A stretch of DNA of 63,470 bases, the filler included, from Hausera hauseri (Eukaryota), in assembly GCA_046269625.1 (NCBI GenBank). It is 12 parts of 12 records of this genome, joined end to end, with 100 filler letters (N's around TTAATTAATTAA, not from the genome) between each part and the next. Parts side by side here need not be neighbours in the genome. Positions count along the whole stretch, not along the records: positions 38,745 to 42,891 come from JBJURY010735433.1; positions 42,992 to 48,554 come from JBJURY010230295.1; positions 48,655 to 54,277 come from JBJURY010218855.1; 9 more parts are not named here. One strand, given 5' to 3'. Below, piece by piece: positions 38,745-51,409 of this stretch. The notes below the pieces were generated by a model that saw only the letters and a list, made by a program, of their open reading frames with translations, did not search any database and was not told where the DNA came from. The stretch's first letter is position 1. Every line of letters starts with the position of its first letter. The translations under genes were made by a program, and so were the position numbers.

Positions 38745-41700
38745 TACGTATATGGGCAGAAAATTATCATTGTCACCGATTATAAAGCCGTCACAACTTT
38801 GAAAGGCCGCGAAAATAACCCAACATGTAGGCTTAACAGAGGGATTGAAGAAATTTCTAGATATAATATCGAATTTCAATATAAGCCAGGAAATAAACAT
38901 ATAGATGCCACTGCCTTATCAAGATTAAGGACTAAAACAAGTGCGATTACAATAATGAAGAAAAGTCAGCTGGAAGAAATAATTCATCGCCAACGCGCCT
39001 TGACGATGGATAAAGCAATCAGAATCTCAACGGAACAAAAAAGGATGAAGTTATCCAGCAGATTGTAGAATTTGCCAAAAAGAATATCATACCCAAAGGA
39101 TGACAGTTAAAGAAACATTTATACATTCATGGACACAAATATTGCGTCATGAACAGTAAGGGCGATGAGGATATTTTATATTACGAACAAAAAGGAAAGA
39201 AATTAATAGTTATCCCAAAGAATTTACAAACCGAAGTGTTAACTTCAGAACATGATTTATATTTGGCCGGACATATGTCCTGGAAGAAAACATTAGAAAG
39301 AGTAATGAATAAATATTTTTTGTCTAGTATCTACATTGATGTAAAAAATTGGGTAAATGCCTGCGAAGTATGTGCAACTAAACAAAAGAAGACGAAAAAT
39401 TATATGGCAGAATTAAAACCAATTTATGTGCCCTGTAGACCTGTGCAGTCCATGCCTATGGACATTTTAGGACCCCTTCCTACAACTCACAAGAACAATA
39501 AATACATCTTAACCTGTATCGATCGATTAACTCATTTTGTTGAATTGATAGCATTAATTGATCAGAAGGCGGAAACCTTAGCAGAAGCCGTAGTAAGAAA
39601 AATTATTTGTCGATACGGACCTCCAGACCAAATACTCACCGATAGAGGAAGAAATTTCACCAGCGAACTATTCGAGAAAATCACCAAAATTTTCAAAGTC
39701 GAACGACTAACAACTACCGCATATCATCCTCAGTGCAACGGAATGGTCGAACAAATGAATGCCACCGTCATACGCATATTATCAACAGTAGTTATCAAAA
39801 GGATTGGGACGAGTTTTTAGAGGGGACAATTTTCAATTAACACCACACTACATCCATCAATAGGATTCACTCCATTTTTCATGATGTATGGACGTGAAGC
39901 CTCATTACACACGGACTTAGGAATGACGCCATACAAGGTTAATCCTGAATAATTAGAACAAAACTTCGCAGAAGTCTTACAAACGCGGTTGCGGAAATGT
40001 TGGGAAATCGCAAAAGAATTATCCCAAGAATACCAAGTGCAGTTTAAAAAGCAATATGATAAGAAAGCAAAACCGCATGATATAGAACAATGGAACTGGG
40101 TTTATGTGCATTACCAAGTAGCTAAAAAGGCTACTTCATTAAAGTTGACCCGCACGGGTAGAGGACCGTACAAAGTTACCAGGGTGACGCCAACAGCAGT
40201 ATATATTAACAAAAATGGAAAAGATGAAGTTGTGTCAATACAAAGAGTTGTTAAGACGGAGATACGACCCAATAAACGTTACAAACTACGTCCGCATGAA
40301 ATAAAAACTTTGTCAATAATTGCTAGACCAATATCGTACGTTCAAATAGTTTTGGCATTATGAGTAATTGCTTCCTATATTCCAAGAACACAAGCTGAAT
40401 GGAGGCATGAAAAACATATAATAAAGGTAAAGCGGAAAAGACACCGAAGGTCGAAGAAAGTCAAAGATTATTACAATCAATTCAGATCGTCTTAGATGAG
40501 ATGATGACCAAAGAAACAAGGAATTGCGATTTCGAACCGAGAGATTATATGCAATTTTGTGACATAGACTTCGGACAAATTTACAACCTCACTTATCAAT
40601 TATACCTGCCATGCTTATATAAGATCTATGAAATAAAACCGCAATTTCAATTAGTCATTACGGCGAGGAATAAACATCATGGAATAAAGCTTGACTACGT
40701 GATACGATCTACTAATCCGGACATTAAGTTCTTAGACGAAAATATACAGAAAATTGTTGTGAATCAGGGAAAACAATGTATTCAGGTATATGCCAGGAAA
40801 GATCTACCCATCAATCGAGAAATCAGCATCACGTTTGAGTCGGAAATTGGACCAACTCTAAGAATAAAATATTGTGCTATTCGCGCTGCTATGTAACATA
40901 CGTGTTGTAATATACCCGTAAACGAAAGATTCAAAATAAGATTTGACTTATATAAAATACGACCTAACCAATCAAGTATACAATTACGAATTTACTATAC
41001 AGAAAGTAAAATCTGGAAAATATTAATAGAAACCACGACTAAGAACACACCTAAAGCAGAGTTAAGAGAAATACCCATCAAATTTTCGGCTCACCGATAT
41101 AAAATCGTGTTCTTTGTGGAAGAGAAACAACCATACGATATACACATAAGTTGTCGGACAACATATAATAATAAAATTGTAAAAATAAACAAAAACACAT
41201 CAAACAGAGTGAAATTTATTACAACCAAAATCCGCGTACATAGTACAAGTGCATGAGCAGGACAAACAAACTCAAACGATGACACTGCACACCTTATACG
41301 AAATTTATGCAAAAATACATACACAAGAAAATGCAGGCGAAGAGACTACGACGACGATTGTTACTCAAGCACAGTTAGGACTAACCACATTACCAATCAT
41401 ATCGATTACGGTACTATCAACGTTTGTTCTCATTATATTAATTGCGATTTTACGATTAGTCGCCAAAAATTGTTGTTCTAAGCGCCCTAAAAATTCAGAA
41501 TGGGAACTAAGGGAACCGGGAGACCCTATTGATCCATATGACAAAATAACCTGCCAGTTACAGAACGGGTTATTCTGCCATTTGATAAAAAATTGGTTTA
41601 ATTTTAAAAATGACCTTTATTTTAAGAATAATTCATATTATTTATTCCTCAAAATCGAAAACAGTGGAATGTCCGAACAAAGTAGAATCGAAGAACGAGA

Positions 41701-42891
41701 AGGAGGAAACAGTTCCACCTTTCGAGTTAGTGTCGACGAATTTTTTCAGTGCTATGCTACTGTCCTCCTTATAAATTCAAATTCGATTTATCGAGAAATA
41801 CATAACAAGCTGCATGGAAGGGCCATCATAAAATACGACCAGGTCCACGCCATACCCAATAACTTAAAAAGAACGACCGAGGAAGATAGAATCGTCTATC
41901 TCTACGCTATGAGGGAAGATCGTGATGTGAGAGCATATTCGCTTAGATATTTAATAAATTTCGAAATCGGTCAAGATGTGTACATTTATTTAGCAGATGG
42001 TGAGATTTATTACAGATTACAAAGTCAAGAATGGATTACACAAAAAGGAAGACAGTACAGGTTTAGCATCCTAAAGATTCGAGGCGAAGACTTTCAAGGT
42101 AAGGAATTGGAATTCAGAGTCGCTGCTATTCAAGTCAAAATAATGATTGAAGTAACAAAAGAGGAAAAGAGAAAAAACATGTTACCACCCCTAGAATTTC
42201 GGCATAGACCTTTAGAAGCGGAAGTAATAAAATCCTTGTACTCCTATAGATTGGTACCCCACACTAGGAACACTAAAATTATTGCTGTGAGCTGTGGTGA
42301 AGGAAATGAAGCAGACAAAATTCCGATGGAAATTTCAATCAGGGAAACAGACGGAACGGAATTATATCGTACAATAATTAGCCCGAGAAAACGGATCAGA
42401 GAGACTTTCTTTAACCAAACAGAAATCCGTAAAGAAAACTTGAAAAAAGGAAAAGATATCAAGAAGGTACAAAATGAACTGGCCCATTGTTTACATGGTT
42501 GTATCCTTATCGGGTATCGAATAGAAGAAATTATATCATTGCTAGAAATTCTTTATTGAGGAATAGCAGGAATAAGAGAACTTAATACGCATCCACTTAT
42601 CGCCGAGAAAACAAAAAATTATTACGAGATAGAAACTACCCGATGCCAAGAATTATGGACGCTTAATTTAAAATAATGACAGAAGCAACAATCAATAGTC
42701 GGACTAAAATTAGCAAAATGTTGACAGCATGTCAACGTACTCAATACCTGCGAGATACTTACGCCGGATTATCCTGGGAACAAAAATGGGTACCCAAAAA
42801 CCCCGAGTATAACTTAATTCGTGCCGCAAACCCAAATCAAACTGATGCGAAATATCGTAAACAATATCAACCCTACAAAACATTCGAAACT
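38745..42891 (+). mobile_element. Large Gypsy-type element, copy B (RH end - IN - ectodomain - TM - exonuclease-like)
   Basis: IN HDLYLAGH...CEVC, MDILGPLP, ILTDRGRNFTS, NGMVE, GRGPYKV; then ISYVQIVLAL*VIASY; TM ITVLSTFVLIILIAILRLV; exonuclease-like domain at 42270-42600. Confidence 0.9.
41249..42559 (+). pseudogene. 436-codon open segment: Thr-rich stalk, TM helix, unknown domain, DEDDh-like domain
   Basis: EETTTTIVT...PIISITVLSTFVLIILIAILRLVAKNCC...IIAVSCGEG...EISIRETDGTELYRTIISPRKRIRETFFNQTEIRKENLKKG...LHGCILIGYRI. Confidence 0.7.
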
Positions 42892-42991
42892 NNNNNNNNN
42901 NNNNNNNNNNNNNNNNNNNNNNNNNNNNNNNNNNNTTAATTAATTAANNNNNNNNNNNNNNNNNNNNNNNNNNNNNNNNNNNNNNNNNNNN

Positions 42992-44260
42992 GCTAAACCG
43001 TATAATCCACAGTCCTTCTTACTGCAGTCGGAACCGGGTTGAGTGCTTGTAGTGAGTTTTTCTACCGGTCCGTGCATTGATGAACCGTGTATGTGTCGTT
43101 CCAATAGTCGTGCACTTTTTCGATTTCGAAATTTTATGATACAAATTAAAATAAAAATAATAATCACCACAAGAGCAACCAGGCCAATTAAAATTTTCAT
43201 CGTCAGAAATAGTGTATGTGTATCGATTATTGGTTTCTGTTGGTTTTAGCAGCACTATGAGTAGTTTCTTTGTTGTCTGATATGTGAATGGATGGATTTG
43301 CGGCTTTTGATGAATGTGGCGGTGTTGATGTGCATATCGTTTTCGCATCATGATTTGTCGAATCTTTAGACAGATACAAATTAACTGATTTGGTAAACAA
43401 ACGTTTGCGATTAGTGCACTTTTCTGAACTGTAAAGTTGTAACTCAAACTGACCGGATCGTGCGTGTTGCTTTGGGTTGTAAACAAATTTTCAAATATTT
43501 GGAATTTCAATGTGTTTAGGGTTATCATCAACTAATGTCAAATAAAGATCGACGTGTTCAACATTTTCAAAATAAATCGAATGCTCATCGCTGAATACGA
43601 GAACAACATTCAAATAGCTACTCTCGTGTTTTGAAAGCGCTTAATGGGAATGGATAAGAATTCGTCGAAAATTTGGAAAGAGTTTGCTGAACGATTGTGT
43701 GATATTGAGAATACTGATACACGAAACTTTCATGTCGGTCAAACGAACAACTTCATTTGTCACCGATATTCTATCAAGAGTTAATTTCTCTTTATGAGCA
43801 TTAATGATGGATATGTCGGTAACACCTTCTTGAACAGAACTGAGGATAAAATAATTGTTTTTCAATTCCGCATTTAAGATGCAATTCGAATAGTTGATAT
43901 TGTGGTTCGATAGATATGATGTAAAGTTTAGTAAAGGATGATTATTTCGCTCGTTTTGGCCGAAGTAAACTTTGTGTTGATTGATACTTTCTTGGACTGA
44001 TCTTCCCACAAAGTGACATTTGACAATCTGATAAACTGTTCATATCCTTGTCCATTTCTTTTGACGGCGGACCCATCGGATACTGGTCTCAAAGATTTAG
44101 TGGAGAGCAGCAATTTCCAGTTTTCTGCAGCCCTATGTTCCACGGGATATTCATATAATTTCCACCATGTCAGCATTGTAAAAATAATATTCCAGTTCGG
44201 TAATCGATTCGTAAACACAAAATGTACTGCTACGTCTGCAGATGAAATCCGAGCATGAAT
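42992..44260 (-). pseudogene. Fragmented coding-like region ending in a type-I TM segment; product unknown
   Basis: Chain of overlapping minus-strand ORFs; ILIGLVALVVIIIFILICIIKFRNRK is a hydrophobic helix with a basic stop-transfer sequence. Confidence 0.4.
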
Positions 44261-44279
44261 GTCAGGCCATTTTGTCGAA

Positions 44280-47200
44280 ATTTTTTTGAATTATTTCGAA
44301 GCGGAAGATCCGGGGCACGCTTATTGGCCCGACGCGGCGGCTACAGAGGCCCGGCCGTGCCCAACCAAATGGGTCAAAGGGCACCGGCCGCTGTGGGCAC
44401 CACATCAACCCCCACGTGACAAAGTGAAAACTATAAAGATTAAAACAGACGAAAAAAACAAGCGCTAAACGAAAATGTGTATGTGTCAGTCGGTCTTAGT
44501 GTGGATTAGACGTTGGGTGCCTTCTAATGATTTTTCCTGCTATACTTGCTTAATGTGACTCTGCGTGTTTTGTCTTTATGGTGTGTGTTTTCTTGCAGAG
44601 GTTGAAGTTGGGGAAAAAATTGTCGGATTTTGTTGTGAGTGTTGTGTTGTGCGAAGACGAGACAGAACGAAGAGAAGAAGAAAGTGAAGGAGGAAAAGAG
44701 ATTGTTGAAGACGGATGGTTAAAGGTATTCAAGAGAATGTTAGAAGACGGAGGAATGATAAAAGGTGTAATGGCGGATAAAGGAAGAGAGAAAAAAGTTG
44801 TAGTAGAAGTTGGAATTGAATGTGTGAAAGAGTGGAAGTGAAAGATGAAACAGAGGTAGTGGTAGAGAGAGGAAGAGAGAGAAGAAAGTTGCGAAGCGGA
44901 AGTAAAAGGGGTAAAAGGCGATGTGTGAGGAGAAAGGGGGAAGAAAGCGCCGAAGATAAGGAAGGTATGGAAAGAGAAGAGGAGAGAGATAAAACGGCGA
45001 AAAGGTACAAAACGGAAGATAGCAAGAAGATGGAGAAGGCGAAGAATAGTAGTATGAAAGTGGTGTGCAAGAGGTTGGAATGATGAAAGCGGTGGATAGA
45101 GAGATTGATGAAGTCGAAGTGGTGTTTGATTGAGGAAGTACTGTAAAAGGAGAAAGCAGGTAGTTATGAGAGGATGAAAGAGGTGTGAAAAGACTTGAAG
45201 ATGCAAAATCGGGTGGGGAAAGAAAGGCTGAATTGTCAGAAGAAATTGAAGAAGTTTTGGGAGAAAACGTAGGGTAAAGTGGATTAAAAAATTGAACATA
45301 GATGGATGGTGCATTGTTGGATTGCTGCAAGTCGTGTAGGGATGTTGGTGGAAAAGTGGTTTTCGATGGGAGACGTGTCATCAATAAAGAAAGCCGTTTT
45401 AGCGTTGTTGATGTATACTGTTACTTCTTTGTCGTCTTTGAGGATGATGATGTTGTGGGAGTGTAAGCGAATTACTTTGTAAGGGTCGACATAATGAGAT
45501 TGAAAACCACATAGCGTCTGATTTTTTCGCCATACGAATTTTCCAGTATATAAATCTCCGTGTATGTAAGGTTTATTGCCGTGTAATAGTTTACAAAAGG
45601 AGTTTTGATGATCTCAACGAAGTGTCTCTGTGCCGCTTGTATGGTTTTATCTGTAGGAATATTGTCCAGCTCAGCCAGTTCGAATAATTATATAATAAAA
45701 GTGCCAAATAATGCTTCTGCAGGCAAACAGCCTGTAAAATTAGATGGTGTGTTGTGCCAGCCAAGAAGAACGTACGGAAGGAATGTTGTCCAGTTGCGAT
45801 TTGACTCAGCAAGAATTTTGAGAGACGTTTTCATCGTGCGGTGAAAGCGTTCAAGAAGGCCATTTGACTGGGGATGATATGGTGACGTGTAAATGTGGTT
45901 AATTCCCAATCGATTGACAAGAGTTTTAAACAGGTTGGATTCAAACTGTGGACCTTGGTCCGAAATGATGTGGCGAGGTGATCCAAACTTGCTGATCCAA
46001 GTGCGGATAAAAACGTCTGCGATTGTTTCTGTTTTGGTGCTCCGAAGCGGGACAGCCTCTGACCATCGCAAGGAACAATCCATCATTGTAAGGATGAACT
46101 GATGGCCGTTGTCTAAGGGTAGTGGGCCTACGAGTTCAATGTGCACAGATTCAAAACAAGACGTGCAGGGAAAATGATATAGTGGTGGCTTTTAGTGCTT
46201 AGTAGCTTTGTATTTTTGGCATGTTACACACTGCCTAACCCATGCCTGCATGTCAGAGCGCATCGACGGCCATACTTCTTGGCGTTGAAGAAGTCGAAAA
46301 GTGACCTTGGCACCGGGATTATGCAACGAATGAATGTTGTTGAATGCTTCTTTTTGAAGCGATTCAGAAAGGATGACTTTAGGATTATTAGGTTTGGAAG
46401 TGTCAAAGGCCACACCGTCGATAATTTTGCACGATTTAAAAGATTTAAGGATGTCAGGAGGTGGCTGGTTCTGTTGAAGTTTGGATTGATGGAAAATTGG
46501 TGTAAAACCAATCGAGCTGACTGATCGAGACAAAAGGTCAGCTAATAAATTATCGACTCCGTTTAGGTGCTTAATTACAATATCAAATGTAAACAAATAC
46601 GATATTTGCCTCTCCTGACGTGGTGAAGGAGATTTCATGGTGAGAATTTGAAGCAAGGGCTTGTAGTCCGTTTGTATTGTAAAAGTTCGTGCAGTTAGTA
46701 GATGTTTAAAGTGTTTTACGGCAAGGACCATTGCAAGCAACTCTCGGTCAAAAGTGGAATATCTTTGCTCTCTTGCTGCGAATTGTTGAGAAAAGAATTC
46801 CAGGGGCTCATGGGATCCATTTTTGACTTGATGGAGGACAGTACCTGCAGCTGTTGTAAATGCGTCGGTGGTTAAGAGGAGTTCTGCATGGGAGTCTGGA
46901 TAGGCCAGGATTTCTACGGTTTTTTAATTGTCTTTGAGGTGATCGAGAGCGTTGACTAGCTTGGCAGTCCATTAAATAAGCTGTTTTTCTTGCCACAACT
47001 TAGTGAAGCATATGGAGCGATTAGAGTGGAGCAGTGTGAAACATACTTATGAATAAAGTGCAAAATTCCGAGGAAAGAACGCATTTGTGTTGATAAACGT
47101 GGTAGTTGTATGTTTTAGAGCTGTGTGATGCGGTCTGGCTGAGGTGAATGTCCGGAGGAGCTAATAACATGTTCTAGGAAGTTGACCTTATGTTGAAAAA

Positions 47201-48554
47201 AGGAGCATTTGTTGAAATTAATTTCCAAATTGTTTTGGTGCAAGCGCTGGAAGATTAGACGTAAGTGTTTGGAGTGCTGTTTCGAGGAAGATGATGCAAT
47301 TAGGATATCATCAATATAGAAGTAGGCAAAGTCTAAGCCTAATAGGACTGTATTAATATGCCTTTGGAAGGTCTGGAAAGTGCTACGGAGTCCAAGAGGC
47401 ATGAAGAGGTATTCGAAAAGGCCGGAAGGTGTAATGACAGCCGTTTTCGGAATGTCTGCTGGGGCCACCGGAATTTGGTGGTATGCTTTGTGCAAATCAA
47501 TGCAAGAAAACATGGCGGAACCATGGAGCCTGTGAAGGATGTCGTTGATTAATCGCAGAGGTTAGGCATCCATTATTGTTATAGTGTCGAATTCGCGGTA
47601 ATCACCGCATGGGCGAAAGTTACCATCTTTTTTGGAACCATATGTAGTGGTGAAAACCAAGGGGATTTGGATCTTCTGATTATTCCTGATTTTACCAGTT
47701 CGAGAAACTCAGCCTCCACTGCCTGTCTGCGGCGAGGCGACTGTGGGCGGACGTTTTTGACGTATTGGTCTTTGATATGCTGTTACTATGTGATAGAAGG
47801 TGGATTTAGGTGGTACGAATGAATTGTCCTTTTGTGACAAACGAGTGCAGGAAGGCGAAACATTGCTGTATGTCAGAGGGCAAAGATGAAAAGTTTTCAG
47901 ATGGTCTCGATGCATCGTGAATGGATGCAGTTGAAGTATGAGTTGTAGACGAGGTGTTGTGACAAAGTGGTATTAGGTGCAGGATGTTTGTGTTGAAGAT
48001 AGTGTTGGCAAATGTACTATCAGTAATGAGTGCCACGCAGTTGGTAATATCGTATTTGTCACCGTAATAAAAATTTCAAAATAATGAGTGAGTATAAAAA
48101 TAATTCAAATCGAGAGTCATTTTTTTCAGTAATGACTTCCTGGCAGCGGTCATCCGGGCGGTCACCGAAATTCTGTTAATTTTATTATTATTTCCATTCT
48201 TTAAGGAACATCGTTTGCAGTCCACAAGTAAATAATAGTGGGACAGAAAGTCTGAACCGAATATAGGTGTGCGTACATTGGCTACTGTGAATTTTCAGGT
48301 GAATGTGTTTGTGAAATTTGGTAGGGTAAAAGTTAATTTAGTAATACCAAAACTTTGTAAAGATTCACCGGACGCAGCGACTAGTTGATGTTAAAAGCAA
48401 AATTGTTTTGGATGTTCTGTATTGGTGGTAGTAAAGAGACTGCTGCGCCGGTGTCTATGAGCAAATTAATGTTTTGCTTTATTGGAGTGACGACTGCTGC
48501 TTTCAACGTGAATACAGCAAAAGAAATGTGTCGGCCAGCTTTTTTAGATTGTTG
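44280..48554 (-). mobile_element. CsRN1-clade Gypsy, copy 2 (PR-RT-RH-IN, S/T/P-rich tail, PPT at 44409-44413, LTR starting at 44404)
   Basis: LLIDTGAAVS, FRPCGDYR, IDLHKAYHQIP, FYIDDIL, TFDRELLA, HIELVGPLP, SDQGPQFES, NGLLERFHR. Confidence 0.88.
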
Positions 48555-51409
48555 NNNNNNNNNNNNNNNNNNNNNNNNNNNNNNNNNNNNNNNNNNNNTT
48601 AATTAATTAANNNNNNNNNNNNNNNNNNNNNNNNNNNNNNNNNNNNNNNNNNNNGTGTTATACCGTAAGATTTCCTCAATCCATTTGTCAAGTCTCCATG
48701 TCGTATTATTCGCTTGTCTTTTCAAGGTTGTAACAGCCTTGTGATCGGTAATAATTTTAATTTTCTGTCCGTAAACGTAAATGTTAAAATATTGTATTAT
48801 TTCTTTTACCGCTTATGTTTCTAGTTCTCTCACTGCATAATTCTTTTCGGCCTTCTTTAGTGATCGTCCTCCATAAGTGATCGTATGCTGTAATTCTTCA
48901 CCATCCAGTTTTTGGACTACTTCATAGCCAATTCCTTCTTTACTAGCGTCAATTTTAATTATGAATGGCAGACTAAAATCAGGGTACCTCAAGACTGAAA
49001 ACTTGTTTAAAATTTCTCCATTTCATTAAGTCTTCTGTTCGACACCTGCCATTTCCACTTAATTCCCGTTTTGAGTAGACAATACAAGGGTGCGTTTATT
49101 TCCGAATCTCCTGGCATAATATCATGATATCTGGCATAATATAAGTGGTATAATATCCGCATAAGCCTAATTAATGTCTCAGCTCTTCTTGGTTTTGTGG
49201 TTCATATAATCTGATATCTTATTTAATAATGATTTATCAGGTTTGGTTCCTGCTTCTCCAACTAAATGTTCGAGATAGGATACTGCGTTCTGAGCCCATT
49301 TATATTTAGAATTTAGCTTTAATCCAGCTTGTTCCAATCTCATGAGTGTACCTTCAATGTCCCTTAAATGTCCGTCTACCGTTTTCGACGCAATAAAGAC
49401 GTCGTTCAAATAGGCGAACGCGTGCTCTAGTCCCATTAGCATTTTGTTCATCATCCGGGTAAAGATGCCTGGTCCGGCAGTTATCCCAAATGGCATAACA
49501 TTAAATTCGTATATACCGCCGTGTGTCTTAAAGGCTGTCTTGTAGAGATCTTCCTCTTCTATCTCTACTTGCCAATATCCAGGTTGTAGATCGAGCGTGG
49601 TAAACCATTTAGCTCCCGAAACTCTGTCCAAAAATTCCTTTACTGATGGTAACGGAAAAGAGTCCTTCATCATAAGTGTATTTAATGCTCGATAATCGAT
49701 ACAAAACCGGTGTTTACTGGTGCCTTTCTTCTTAACCATAAGTATAGGCAAGTACCAAGGTCAGTAGATTGGTCTAATTATGTCGGCCCTTAACATCCGT
49801 TCAAGTTTCTTAGTTATCTCTGGCCTTAGCGAATGTGGAGGCGGATACCATTTCGGCATCTTTTGATCCTCTACGTCTATTTCGTCGTTCAATCCAGGCT
49901 TTTTCTTAAGCTGAATCGTGAGCTTTAAAGTTTCGGCTCGGCCAATATCTTCTTCGTCTCTCGCGATAATTAAACTATAACGACAGAGCAATTCGTAAAA
50001 TCGACAATATGATTCTAGTGAAAACTTAGTCTTCACGTGGGGCGGAAATTCGGCACTCTTATATGGTTTCTCTTCGACAGTGATTGACGATACTGTACAT
50101 GTGTGTCCCAAAGTGGTAATGGGGTACAATTTAATCGGGTTTGGTGCATTATTGGCTATTCTGATTGGCACACGGCCTGTCGATACTCTTGACAAAATAT
50201 TACTGAGTACGAGGTTTGGGTCGAGTGATTGTTTTGGTTTGAAATATACTGGCTGATCGTCATCTTGACGTATCTAAACATATATTAGGATTTCTGTTCT
50301 GGGTGGTATGGTTTCATCCACTGGAATCCACACTTCTCCAAATTTTGTATCTTTCGTGGTTTTAACACTTTTATTTGGCCAAATTCTATCAACTTGCCTG
50401 CATTGAAATCGATTGCTATATTGGGTAATTATCTCAGTAAGTCACATCCTAACACTACATCATCTGTTAATTGCTCAATTACCGAGAATTCATGACGAAA
50501 AGATTGTATCATTATGTGGATTTGTGGTTTCTATTGGAATTTACTTTTTGAGGATTGTCCGAAAGCTCCGATGCTTCCTGGGTCGGTCGTAGGAGGTGGA
50601 TATAATTGTTTTTGTAAGAATTGCTGTATCGAATCATATTTTATCAGTGATATTTCAGATCATGTATCTATTAGTGCATAAACTTCCCAATCTTTCAGTT
50701 GAATCTTTGCGAAGGACCTGCCTTTAATTACTGTACCGTAATAGTTGGGTGCTATCTTGGGTTGTCGTATGGTAGACACTTTGTAACCGTTGATGGTAAC
50801 TTCAGTGGTTCCAACTGGCTGTTCGACTAATTGTCTTAACTCTCCAATTGGGTATAATGCGTTATTCGTTTCATTCGCGTTTTCTACTCGATGGTTTCTA
50901 ACTGGCGGCTGAATATCTGAGGTTCGAAGATTTCGTGCTTTATGGCTTCGAGTAAATATCGATCGCATTTCGTTTGCCTTAGGTATTATGGGCGAGTAAA
51001 TTATACCGTGGTCGTTGACTGCTGATCTATGGTGTGGAGCCAAGGTTTTCTCTGTTTTGTGAATCTCACGCAATATCTCATAGCGTTTTGTTCCTTCGTA
51101 AGGGTCCTCTAAACTAAACAGCTTCCGATAGATGTCTGTCTGGCATGAACTTATAGAATGTTTCTCGCAATTTTCATATATAGGCGCCGTTGGCGGCAAT
51201 ATTGATAATAGTAGTTTCATAACAGAGTAATTTTTGTGCCTGCTCGGCCTAAAGAGGACGTCTCCTCCCTTAGGCTCTTCATCATCCGAATGATTTCTTT
51301 GTGTCTTAGCATTTATAAATTTTTGCCTGTAGTCGAATATACCTCTGTTTCGTTTTCGATTATGGTAACCAACATGTCGTTCTACATTTGCCTTCCATTT
51401 ACTCTCTTT

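Noticed and set aside
44550-45384. Five overlapping ORFs as a dense gene cluster
   Set aside because: Low-complexity CT/GA-skewed DNA is naturally poor in stop codons.
38745-48790. Copies B and C as two halves of one insertion
   Set aside because: Their overlapping RNase H segments differ at many positions; they are separate copies.
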